Shown one piece after another: positions 39,496 to 48,297 of a stretch of DNA of 64,000 bases. The stretch is from assembly GCA_037189585.1 (NCBI GenBank), contig JBBCJA010000013.1, forward strand, positions 259,067-323,066. The letters run 5' to 3'. Position 1 is the first letter of the stretch. Each line of letters starts with the position of its first letter. The notes under the pieces are model-generated. The model was not told the origin of the DNA, made no database searches, and was given only the letters and a program-made list of their open reading frames with translations. The translations under genes and the position numbers were made by a program. Source of the stretch: Selenomonadaceae bacterium (GTDB taxonomy: Bacteria > Vulcanimicrobiota > Xenobia > Xenobiales > JADMJV01).

Positions 39496-41239
39496 CCGAA
39501 GAGTTCGGTGGGCGCTCGTCGCCGGTCTGCTGTTTTCGTGCTGCTCCTCCGGCTGCGAGTCTCCCGAACCGTTGGCACGAGAGACTCCGCGGCCCGCTCG
39601 ACCCGGCTCGAGGTTACCCCGGACGCAGCCCGAGCCCGCGGTTCCGATTGTCGTTGCGACGGCGACCGCCGACCCAACTCCGACCGTCGTAGGGAATGCG
39701 TCCGTCGTTGCCGCGCCGACTCGGACTTCCGAGCCGCCGGCTCAACCCGACCCGAGTAGTAGCCTACCTCTGACCCTTCCGGGTCCCACCAACGCGACCA
39801 GTTCTGATGACGGGGAACTCAAGACGCTTCTGGCCGAGGCCAGGAGTTCCAAAATGGCGGCACAATGGCGCAAGGCTGGGGAGCGCGCTCTCAAGTTGGA
39901 CCTTTACGGAGAAGCCGCCAAGGCGTTCCGGCAAGAAGCCAGCATCTACCGGTCCAAAGGGATTCTTCAGGCCGCGCTGGCCCAGGAGGCGCGGGCCGAT
40001 CAGTATTCCACCGAATTCGGATTTTACCTTAGCGGGCGCTCTAGCCTTTCCACCCAACGGACCGCCGAGCGTCTAGAGCCGCCCGCGGGATGTCTGGTGG
40101 GCGCGTTCATCGACCGCGACGACAAGGTGCGAAACTTCATGATGGTCTCGCAGACCCACGGCGATGTCGATGAATTCAACGAGTTGACGGGGAAAAAACA
40201 CGCCAGCTTTTTCATGTATCGCTCCTACGGCGAGCCTTTCCCCAAGCAGTGGGCCGAGTATCTGAAGGCCCGCGGCGCCATTGTCCACCTGGCCTGGGAG
40301 CCGCGCGATCTGGCCAGGGTCAAAGACGACGCCTATCTGAAGAGTTTTGTCGACGCGATGGTCGCCTTGGACCACCCTGTCATGTTGCGCTTCGCCAGTG
40401 AGATGAACGGTGAGTGGACTCCTTATCATGGCGACCCCAAGGCTTACAAAGCAGCCTTTCGCTTAGTCCACCGAGCCACGCGGCGGGCCTCTAAAGTTGC
40501 CATGATGTGGTGTCCCAACACCATCCCTCGCCAGGGACTCGAGGATTACTATCCGGGCGACGACGCGGTGGATTGGGTCGGAGTCAACTTTTACAGCGTT
40601 CCTTTTCTCGATAACGATCGCAACCGCCCGGGAGAACTGATCCATCCCACCGATCACTTGAAAACGGTCTACGGTCTCTACTCCTCTCGTAAGCCGATCG
40701 CCATTGGAGAATGGGCGGCCAGCCACCAGTCGAGCGCGACACCGATACCCCTGGTGGATTTCGCCAAGACCAAGATCTCCCAACTGTACGGCTCACTTCC
40801 CACCCGCTTCCCTCGAGTGAAGATGGTCAACTGGTATAGCTCGAACAATCTTCGTCACGCCAGCCCGTCGCGCCAACTCAACAACTACCAGGTGACCGAG
40901 CCGGAGGAACTGCTCGAGCACTACCGCCGGGCCGTTTCCTCCTCTTACTACCTCGGCGCGGAGGGGAACGGTGAAGGGACGGAGCAGGCCTTCCGACCCG
41001 TGTTCGGACGAGTTTCCGCGAGCACTTCCTCGGAATTGCGCATTGCACTGAAAACCTACGAGCAACGCCCCAAAGTCTATTTCCGGGTCAACGACGAGTT
41101 GAAGTTAGCATCGGACGAGCCTTTGGATTGGCGGCTGTCGGCACGAAATTGGAGAGACGGAAAAAATATCGTCGAGGTACTGGTTTACGATCAAAAGAAT
41201 CGGTTCATCACCAGCGAGAAGCTTATACTTGTCCGTTGA
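39464..41239 (+). CDS. Secreted (lipoprotein-like) protein with Pro/Thr-rich linker, helical region and C-terminal GH26-like (mannanase-family) glycoside-hydrolase domain
   Basis: Signal-like RRVRWALVAGLLFSCCSSGC. The C-terminal block WEPRD...MLRFASEMNGEW...YYPGDDAVDWVGVNFY...IAIGEWA resembles the GH26 catalytic Glu contexts. The start (TTG 39464) is uncertain; the upstream part of the long ORF from 39266 looks non-coding. Confidence 0.55.
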   Translation: MDVSSFSSRSSRRVRWALVAGLLFSCCSSGCESPEPLARETPRPARPGSRLPRTQPEPAVPIVVATATADPTPTVVGNASVVAAPTRTSEPPAQPDPSSSLPLTLPGPTNATSSDDGELKTLLAEARSSKMAAQWRKAGERALKLDLYGEAAKAFRQEASIYRSKGILQAALAQEARADQYSTEFGFYLSGRSSLSTQRTAERLEPPAGCLVGAFIDRDDKVRNFMMVSQTHGDVDEFNELTGKKHASFFMYRSYGEPFPKQWAEYLKARGAIVHLAWEPRDLARVKDDAYLKSFVDAMVALDHPVMLRFASEMNGEWTPYHGDPKAYKAAFRLVHRATRRASKVAMMWCPNTIPRQGLEDYYPGDDAVDWVGVNFYSVPFLDNDRNRPGELIHPTDHLKTVYGLYSSRKPIAIGEWAASHQSSATPIPLVDFAKTKISQLYGSLPTRFPRVKMVNWYSSNNLRHASPSRQLNNYQVTEPEELLEHYRRAVSSSYYLGAEGNGEGTEQAFRPVFGRVSASTSSELRIALKTYEQRPKVYFRVNDELKLASDEPLDWRLSARNWRDGKNIVEVLVYDQKNRFITSEKLILVR

Positions 41240-41282
41240 GAATCCCGAGGAGATCGCTCCTTGGAACCAAAAGAGCCTCCTT

Positions 41283-42440
41283 ATGCAGCCACACGATATC
41301 GACCAGACACAGGCCCATTCCACGGCCGAGCTCGAGCAGATCCGTCCGACGGACTTTTCCCTCGTCTGCCGAGCCAGCGGGGAGCGCCGGCGAGTGGTGG
41401 TGCCACGGACTCACCTTTTTATCTCTTCAAAGTCCTATCTGGTGGTTGACGAGCAAGAGGTTCAGCTGCATACCGAACACCCTGACATCGTGACGGTCAA
41501 CGGCGCGGCTTTCAGCGGAGAGCCTTTGCGACCGGGAGACGAGATCGCGGAGAATGGGAGAGCCTTTGTGTTGGAGAGTTCTCCCGTGGTGGCTTTCTTG
41601 GAAGGTCTGACCCCCCCTCACCAGGGGACCTTCTGGCCCTTAGGGGAGGAGAGCGTCACCGTGGGCCGTCCCGGCAAGCGAGACAATACCATCTCTCTTT
41701 TGGACAAGACGGTCAGTCGCGAACAAGCGACCCTGACATACCAGCAGGGACGATTCGTGCTGATACCCGAGGCCGCTAGCAGCACCAGTACGGTGAACGG
41801 CCGCCCGGTGGAGCAGAAGATGGTTCTGCGCAACGGAGACCTTCTGGCCTTCGGACAACAGATTGTGCGCTTCCAGAGCAATCACGATACCTTCGGTGCG
41901 GGTCAAGGGACGATTTTCTTTTGCGACGTGTGGGACTACTCCAATCTCTTCCACGGCCGGGCCGTGCACGAGGTCGCGCAGCTGATGAGGGAGTTTTACG
42001 AGGCCGCCGGGGAGGTGGTCGAAGGGAACGGAGGACTGGTCCTTCGTTACATCGGGGATGCCCTTTTGGCTGCTTTCTCCGAGGATGGACACGCGGACTC
42101 CGCGGTGGCGGCGGGCTTGGCGCTGCAGGCTCGGCTGGCCGAGCTCAACGCGGACTGGGCGACGCGCGGCATGCCGGTGTTGCAAGTGGGAGTCGGGATC
42201 AACTCGGGTGAATTCGCGGTCGGCCATATGGGCTTCGCTGGCTACATCGAGTTCGGAGCACTTGGGCCTGATGTGAATATGGCGGCTCGGATCGAGAAAC
42301 TGACCCGAGATCACGATTCGAAAGTTCTCTTGGGAGAGTCGACGGCGACTCTCTTGACCCGGGACTACCCCCTGCACTCGCTAGGCAGGCTAAACCTCAA
42401 GGGAGCTCAGGAAGAGATCGAAGTCTTCGCTGTGGTCTAG
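41283..42440 (+). CDS. FHA-domain (x2) class-III adenylate cyclase
   Basis: Canonical FHA VTVGRPGKRDNTISLLDKTVSREQATL...NGRPV. A divergent FHA-like segment lies upstream. The cyclase domain has metal Asp residues in FFCDVWDYS and YIGDALLAAF, and GPDVNMAARIE suggests adenylyl specificity. Confidence 0.8.
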   Translation: MQPHDIDQTQAHSTAELEQIRPTDFSLVCRASGERRRVVVPRTHLFISSKSYLVVDEQEVQLHTEHPDIVTVNGAAFSGEPLRPGDEIAENGRAFVLESSPVVAFLEGLTPPHQGTFWPLGEESVTVGRPGKRDNTISLLDKTVSREQATLTYQQGRFVLIPEAASSTSTVNGRPVEQKMVLRNGDLLAFGQQIVRFQSNHDTFGAGQGTIFFCDVWDYSNLFHGRAVHEVAQLMREFYEAAGEVVEGNGGLVLRYIGDALLAAFSEDGHADSAVAAGLALQARLAELNADWATRGMPVLQVGVGINSGEFAVGHMGFAGYIEFGALGPDVNMAARIEKLTRDHDSKVLLGESTATLLTRDYPLHSLGRLNLKGAQEEIEVFAVV

Positions 42441-44386
42441 GCTAGAGTCGCCCCTCCGAACAGCCGGAGCGCCTCGGTGGGGAGAATCTGCCCCTGGGCG
42501 ACCAGGACCTTGGCGAAGCTCTTGAACGAGAACAGTAGCCCGTGGGAGATGGCAGCCTTGCGGACGGCCTCGGGGCTACGTCCGGCGCGCATCATTTCGG
42601 CCAGGAACGGATTGAGTTTGAGCGACTCGAAAACCGCGACCTTGCCGGAAACCCCGCTTCCTCGACAACTGTCGCAGCCGGCTCCATGGAAGAAGCGGTC
42701 GTCGCGCGAGCCCAGGCCGGAGAGCTCCAGTTGAGAAACGACGGCGGGTGAAGGGCTATACGCCTGACGGCAGTGCGAACAGACTCGGCGCAGTAGCTGC
42801 TGGCCCAGAACCAGGCTGAGATTCTCCACGGTGGAGGCGGGTGCGTCCGGGCGACCCAGCAGCCCGGACAGTGCCGAGATGGGGTCGGTTCCACGCGTGG
42901 TGGTCAGCACGGTCAGTCCGTCCTCGGCGGCCTCTAAAACAGAGTTGAGACTCTCGCAGCCAGGTTCGTCGACCATCAAAACATCAGGTTTTTGCTCCAG
43001 AGCCACCCGCAAGGCCGAGGTGAGGTTCTGTCGCTCGCATTGACCCAGCAGGTCCCCTGGAAGTCGAACTTGGGCTATCTGATCCAGGGTTAGGAGAGGC
43101 TTTGTTTCTAAAGTCAAAGCGTTGACCCGTCCCGTCTCCTGGTCAAGGAGTCGAAGCAGACTATAGAGTGTCGTGCTACGTCCGGAGTGAGAGGAGCCGA
43201 CCACCAGCACGGCGCCCCCCTCGCCACGGATGGCAGCTTCGATCGTCTGTTTGAGAACGTCGACGGGCCACAGAGCGGAGGGCGAAGGGACAGCTTCTCG
43301 CGGGTCGGTGACGCCGACGGCATAACGCGCGCCGCGCAGGGTTTGCAAACGGGACAGGTGGACCTCGCATCGCTGCCCGTCGATCACGACCACTCGGGTC
43401 CGCACCTCGTTGGCCTCGGTGTCGGCCCCAAAGAGCGCCTTCAGCTGTTGCCCGAGCGCATTCTTTTGAGTCGAGTCAAGCTGGCAGTCGAGCGGTTCGA
43501 GTCGTCCTGACGAGCCGGCCGCGAAGAGGGCGACGCCATTGGGTGTCGGCTCCACGATCACCCTTCCCTGGTCACCAGCGTAGGCATGGGCCAGCAGAGT
43601 GTCAAAGGGAGCTCTCACCGGTTCCCCGCCTTCCAGAGTGATGCTCCTTGGAGGAGTGGCCGCGACGCTTGTCGAGGAAGGGGCTACGGTGGGAAGAAAC
43701 CGTTGAGCGAAGTCGGCGAAATCCTCCGCCGTACAGGCCATGGGGTTGATGCTCAGCCCCGGCGCCTGGCGACGCAGGGCGGCAAGTGTTGCCGTGTCGT
43801 GGGGGCGGGTCATGGCTACGGTGACCACGCCGGCTTCGAGACGCAGCGGAATGGCCTTGAGGGTTCGCAACAAGTTGGGAGTGAAAGTTTCGATGAGATC
43901 GGGCTGATTGATGATCTCTTCGGCGCGGGCGAAGTGAAATCCCATGCCGCCGAGCTGCTGGGCCAGACGAGTGGCCAAGTATCGGCTGATCTCGACAGCC
44001 ACCTGAGGCAGCTTCTCCAGGACCGAATCAAAAGAGGCCTTGGCCAGAACAAGGCAGGTTGTCGGCTCGAGGGCGCGCACCGTCGCCGCCCGGGGAGCCT
44101 CGGTCAGAAGTGACATCTCCCCGAAGGATTCCGGGCTGCGCCTCTCCGAGAGGACCTGTTCAACCCCCAGACTCGGCTCCTCTCGCACTACCACCACCGA
44201 GCCTTCGACTAAAATGAACAGTTCCGACCCTGGGTCGCCCTGGCGGACGATGACGGCGTCGGTCTCGAAAGCCATGGCTCGGGTGACTTTGGCTACCGCC
44301 TCGAGCAAGGGTGGAGAGAGTCTTGAGAAGAGGTCCGTCTGGGATAGGAGAGCAACGGCGGCTTGTTGGTCGAACATGGTGGGCAT
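42437..44386 (-). CDS. GspE/PilB-family secretion-ATPase homologue with N-terminal cyclic-nucleotide-binding domain and degenerate catalytic motifs (putative pseudo-ATPase)
   Basis: The cNMP domain (LFSRLSPP...FGEMSLL...RAATVRALEPTTCLVL) is followed by a T2SSE_N-like region and an ATPase core. Walker A is GSSHSGRSTTLYSLL versus the consensus GPTGSGKSTTLY (Lys to Arg). The Asp box is TLETKP versus TIEDP. The His box is GLTVLTTTRGT versus GHLVLSTLHTN, with both His lost. The tetracysteine CSHC...CDSC is retained. Start at M60 (44386, RBS GGGAAG) avoids overlap with the divergent TerB gene. Confidence 0.75.
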   Translation of the reverse strand: MPTMFDQQAAVALLSQTDLFSRLSPPLLEAVAKVTRAMAFETDAVIVRQGDPGSELFILVEGSVVVVREEPSLGVEQVLSERRSPESFGEMSLLTEAPRAATVRALEPTTCLVLAKASFDSVLEKLPQVAVEISRYLATRLAQQLGGMGFHFARAEEIINQPDLIETFTPNLLRTLKAIPLRLEAGVVTVAMTRPHDTATLAALRRQAPGLSINPMACTAEDFADFAQRFLPTVAPSSTSVAATPPRSITLEGGEPVRAPFDTLLAHAYAGDQGRVIVEPTPNGVALFAAGSSGRLEPLDCQLDSTQKNALGQQLKALFGADTEANEVRTRVVVIDGQRCEVHLSRLQTLRGARYAVGVTDPREAVPSPSALWPVDVLKQTIEAAIRGEGGAVLVVGSSHSGRSTTLYSLLRLLDQETGRVNALTLETKPLLTLDQIAQVRLPGDLLGQCERQNLTSALRVALEQKPDVLMVDEPGCESLNSVLEAAEDGLTVLTTTRGTDPISALSGLLGRPDAPASTVENLSLVLGQQLLRRVCSHCRQAYSPSPAVVSQLELSGLGSRDDRFFHGAGCDSCRGSGVSGKVAVFESLKLNPFLAEMMRAGRSPEAVRKAAISHGLLFSFKSFAKVLVAQGQILPTEALRLFGGATLA

Positions 44387-44459
44387 GGATACTTCCCGCG
44401 AAGGAAAGCGACCTTCCGCCAGGAGAATACCGTGGGTCGGAAAATCGTGCCCGGTGAGC

Positions 44460-45023
44460 ATGCAGAATCCATTTCGCGACGCCATGGTCTCTATTTCCAT
44501 TGCCGCCGCTTGGGCCGACGGGGGAGTGGAGGACTTCGAGAAGCAATCGCTGGACAGAATCATGGTGAGCCTGGGCTACAGTCGGGGCGAGATCATGACT
44601 CGCATCAGTCAGGCCTTGGAAGGACCGGACCTCGATCCCATCGAGCTTCCAGTCGAACCAAGTCTGTGCGTCCAGACGATGCGTTACGCTCTGGCGGTGA
44701 CCTTGTCCGACGGGGCTCTCTCGGCCGCGGAAGTGAACTTTTTGGCCAAGCTCGCTGAACATCTGGGACTTGACGCCAAAACTTTGGAGACGCTGCGAGC
44801 CGAGGCGGAGGGGATGGTGTCGGAGCGTCGCGCCGAGGGGCTCGTCAAACCGATCGAAAGATTGGAGTCTCTGCCCCCGGAAGCCAGAGTCAAGCTGGCC
44901 GACGCCGAGCTTGACCAGAAACCCTCCCCCAGGCATGGACCTGGCGAAGCTGTTGCTGGAGGAATCCTGGAGCCCAAAGTCCTCTACGAGGGTGAGGGCT
45001 TCGGTGGCCAGTTGGAGCTGTAG
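44460..45023 (+). CDS. TerB-like (tellurite-resistance TerB / DjlA N-terminal fold) domain protein
   Basis: ISIAAAWADGGVEDFEKQSLDRIMVSLGY and a second repeat, LAVTLSDGALSAAEVNFLAKLAEHLGL. GGTGAG RBS. Confidence 0.55.
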   Translation: MQNPFRDAMVSISIAAAWADGGVEDFEKQSLDRIMVSLGYSRGEIMTRISQALEGPDLDPIELPVEPSLCVQTMRYALAVTLSDGALSAAEVNFLAKLAEHLGLDAKTLETLRAEAEGMVSERRAEGLVKPIERLESLPPEARVKLADAELDQKPSPRHGPGEAVAGGILEPKVLYEGEGFGGQLEL

Positions 45024-45025
45024 GA

Positions 45026-46363
45026 TTGAAGCCCGGGGTGGGGAGCCAGAGGTGTCTGCTCGGGTTGGGCTTGGCCGGCTGGTTGTTTTCTGCGGGCTCT
45101 TCCCTGGCCCAAGAGCAGGCTCCAGTGGTGCGAGCGGAGTTTGTCGTCGATCCTGGAAATACCGAAGTTTGGCGCTCCTCCGGGGAGGGAGTGAGCAACT
45201 ATGTCGGCCCGGCCAACAAGATGCTGTCTTTAGACCTCGACGCGGCGGAAATGGCCGGAAATCGCGATATCGTGGTGGAGTTCAAAGTGCCTCTCTGGTT
45301 CTCCACCTGGACCAGTCCCGCCGAGTATGTCTCTCCCGGCCGCTTACGCGAAACCCGTCGATTCCCGGAGCGTGATGTCCATCGCCTGGAGCTCGGCGGC
45401 TGGCGGCGTTTCCAAGCCTGGACACTGGCCCATCCGAGCCTGGCGCTAGGCGCCCCGGCGGGGCTCTTCGTCACCCTGGTGGCGGGCTGGCTATGGAGAC
45501 GTCGACCTCGACCGAAGCCCCATGGAGAATTGACCGATGGATATTCATTGAGAGAAAGGCTCGGCGCGGGAGCGATGGGTGAGGTTTTCGCCGCGACCGA
45601 TTCCGATGGGATGGAGTGCGCGTTGAAGTTTCTCCGCTCCGAGCTGACCGCGAATCCGAGGGCGGCCGAGAGGTTCAACCGAGAGATCGCCGCCAGCGTC
45701 TCTTTAAGCCATCCCAACTTGCTGAAGGTGTTCGGCTACGGATTCGCCCGTGACGGACGGCTCTACCTATCCACCGAGCTTTTGAAGGGCCGAACTCTTA
45801 AGGAGGAGCTCAAGAAAAATGATCGCTCGCCGGAGCTGGCTCTCGACGTGGTCGAGGAGGTCGGAGCGGCTCTAGCTTATCTGCAGGGACGCGGAGTGGT
45901 CCATCGCGACGTCAAGCCCGAGAATATCTTTGTTCGGGAGAGCGGCGGACTGGTGTTGATGGACCTTGGAATCGCGCAGACCGCGAACACGGAGTCGATC
46001 ACCGTCGCGGGTCAGGCCATGGGCTCTCCGCTTTACATGGCACCCGAGCAGGTTCAGGGGAAACCCGGTCCGGCTACCGACCAGTACGCTTTGGGTCTTG
46101 TTCTGTACGAGATTTTGACCGGACGACGTCCCTTCCGGGCCACCGACGTGGCCGCCCTGGTCCATCAGCATATCCATGAAACTCCGCCCCCGCCGCGCCA
46201 AATCGAACCGCGTATTCCCGAGGTCGTGGAGAGGGCTCTACTGCGCATGTTGACCAAGCGCCCAGAGGAGCGCTTCGCCTCCGTGGAGGAGGCGCGCCGG
46301 GCGGTGTCCGAGGGACTGGCGGGCCAGCGCTGGCGAAGATCTAGAGAGACTCGGACATTTTGA
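45026..46363 (+). CDS. Receptor-type Ser/Thr protein kinase (signal peptide, ectodomain, TM, Hanks kinase)
   Basis: GAMGEVFAA...ALK (subdomains I and II), HRDVKPENIF, DLGIA and APE motifs. A single TM segment (LFVTLVAGWLW) precedes the kinase. Confidence 0.85.
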   Translation: MKPGVGSQRCLLGLGLAGWLFSAGSSLAQEQAPVVRAEFVVDPGNTEVWRSSGEGVSNYVGPANKMLSLDLDAAEMAGNRDIVVEFKVPLWFSTWTSPAEYVSPGRLRETRRFPERDVHRLELGGWRRFQAWTLAHPSLALGAPAGLFVTLVAGWLWRRRPRPKPHGELTDGYSLRERLGAGAMGEVFAATDSDGMECALKFLRSELTANPRAAERFNREIAASVSLSHPNLLKVFGYGFARDGRLYLSTELLKGRTLKEELKKNDRSPELALDVVEEVGAALAYLQGRGVVHRDVKPENIFVRESGGLVLMDLGIAQTANTESITVAGQAMGSPLYMAPEQVQGKPGPATDQYALGLVLYEILTGRRPFRATDVAALVHQHIHETPPPPRQIEPRIPEVVERALLRMLTKRPEERFASVEEARRAVSEGLAGQRWRRSRETRTF

Positions 46364-48044
46364 GGATCGGCAGCAGGCACCCGATGGAGAAAAAGCCGAC
46401 GCAGATTCCCAGGAAGGCCATGAAAAGGGGCTCGACCAGACTCATCAGCGCTTCTATGCGATATTCGAGTTCGGCGTCGACGATACGCGCCACACTCTCC
46501 ATCATCCCCGTCACGTCGCCGCTCTGTTGACCCGCCTCGACAGCTTCGATCACCAGCGGCGGCAGTATGTCTCCAACTTCTAGCGACTCGCGCAGGGTAC
46601 TGCCGTCGATCAGGGCCTGTTTCATTCTGGGTCCGGCCAGTGTGGCCTTGCGTGAGCCTGTGGCCTCGGCGGCCATGAGAAAACACTGGGGAGCGGTCAG
46701 CCCGACATCATAGGTCATGATGAAGATTCTTAGGAAACGAAGCGAGACCGCGGTCTGGATCAGGTTTCCGACACCCGGTAGCGCCCAGGCCATCGGCTCC
46801 AGATTCACCAACCTTTCACGGACTTTTCCGCTACGGAGCCCCAGGAATCCGAGGACCGTCAGAGACGCCGCAGTGATGAGGAAGGCCGGAGAAGAGAGGG
46901 AACGCGAGAACCAGAGAATCCCCTTGGTGATAGCCGGGGGGTCGCCACTGAGCTCCACAACCTGGGTCAAGACGTCGGCCAAAACGAAAGGCGGGAGTAG
47001 AACCACCGCCAGAAGTGTGAGCGAGGCGATGGTGAGCGGATAGAAGAGATGACTCTGCAAGGTTTGGCGCAGCTTCCATCGATGCTCCTCGTCAGCCGCC
47101 AAACGGTGAAGAACGGCCACCAGCTTACCCGAACGCATGCCGATCTCGACCAGCTTGACCGCGATCTCGCTAAAAAGAGCGGGCTCTTTGTAGGCTGCCC
47201 GGTGAAGCGGCTGACCCGCTAATAGGTCTTGAGAAATACGTCGACAGGCTTCAGCTTGTTCGGGACTTTCCGACTCTCGAGCGAGAAAGTCGAAGACTCC
47301 GAACATAGGCAGGCCAGCCCCCAGCATGGTGGTGAGGGAGCGGTAGAAGGTCACTCGTTGGCGCTGGAGGTTGCCGGACCAGGATTGGATCAAAGATCGC
47401 CGAGGCACCGAGGTGGCGACGGATTCGACCGCCACGGGAGATTTTTTGACCGGCGGGGGCGATGGAGGAGTGGGGGGAGGTTTTAAGGGAGGTTTTGAGG
47501 CGTCGAGCTCCGGAGCCGTGACGGAGGGTGAGGGTGCCTCTAGCTTGGCTACCCAGGCGGGAACCGGTGGATCGTCGAGACTTTCCGGCTTAGCCCAGGC
47601 GGGTCGTTCGGGAGCTGAGGGCGCTGGAGGTGTCTTCTCGATGGGTTTCGGGCCTGGCGGCTTGGCCAATTTGAGCTCCACCGGAGGGAGGGCCGGGGGT
47701 TGTTTCGCAGCTTTCTCGACGGCTTCAGCGTGGGAAAGCATCTCAGGAAGCCCGACTTCTCCGGTGGGCGATTCCTCTTTCTTGGGGCGACTTCGTTGCC
47801 AGGCCCGCATCATTTCATCGCTACTGACTTCAAATGTCTCCGAGGTCTCACGGGCGACCCAGCCACCGCTGGAGGTAAAGTGGTCCGACCCGGCTGGACG
47901 GCTCAGGGGCTGCGAGTCCGATGTGATCAATCCGGAAAGCCAACCTGTATAAGTCGACTCCGTGTCCATCTCTGGACCTGGAGTGGCCAAGACGTCATCG
48001 CCCCACTGCACCGGCTTGGGTTCAGCAGACTTATCTTCGGCCAT
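46341..48044 (-). CDS. GspF/PilC-like inner-membrane platform protein (two T2SSF repeats) with an approximately 320-aa proline-rich N-terminal extension
   Basis: Two T2SSF-domain repeats (RVTFYRSLTTMLGAGLP...; ...GPRMKQALIDGSTLRESL...) with 3 TM segments. N-terminal low-complexity PPxP-rich region. Start placed at MAEDKS (48044); the first about 97 codons of the long ORF look non-coding. Confidence 0.7.
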   Translation of the reverse strand: MAEDKSAEPKPVQWGDDVLATPGPEMDTESTYTGWLSGLITSDSQPLSRPAGSDHFTSSGGWVARETSETFEVSSDEMMRAWQRSRPKKEESPTGEVGLPEMLSHAEAVEKAAKQPPALPPVELKLAKPPGPKPIEKTPPAPSAPERPAWAKPESLDDPPVPAWVAKLEAPSPSVTAPELDASKPPLKPPPTPPSPPPVKKSPVAVESVATSVPRRSLIQSWSGNLQRQRVTFYRSLTTMLGAGLPMFGVFDFLARESESPEQAEACRRISQDLLAGQPLHRAAYKEPALFSEIAVKLVEIGMRSGKLVAVLHRLAADEEHRWKLRQTLQSHLFYPLTIASLTLLAVVLLPPFVLADVLTQVVELSGDPPAITKGILWFSRSLSSPAFLITAASLTVLGFLGLRSGKVRERLVNLEPMAWALPGVGNLIQTAVSLRFLRIFIMTYDVGLTAPQCFLMAAEATGSRKATLAGPRMKQALIDGSTLRESLEVGDILPPLVIEAVEAGQQSGDVTGMMESVARIVDAELEYRIEALMSLVEPLFMAFLGICVGFFSIGCLLPILKMSESL

Positions 48045-48297
48045 TTCCCACTCGAGTCGACATAAAATTGGAGCTATCTTAGCAGCTTTGCTCGGCCTGC
48101 GAAATTGGCCTTGGAGCTTGAGAAAGTCTCGTTCCACGCCGAAGCGAGGAGATCGGAAAATAATCGGAAAAACTTCGATTACATTGTTCACTGACCTCCT
48201 GTGTCGAAAGGTCGCCGCGGACTGTTTTAGACAGTGTATGGACGACCAGGTGCGAGGAAATTTGATCAAAAATTTAACGTTAACCCGAGGTCGTCCG

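Noticed and set aside
44387-44563. Longer N-terminus of the GspE-like gene (start at 44563)
   Set aside because: It would overlap the divergent TerB-like gene by about 100 nt. The internal Met at 44386 has an RBS and coincides with the beginning of the cNMP-binding domain.
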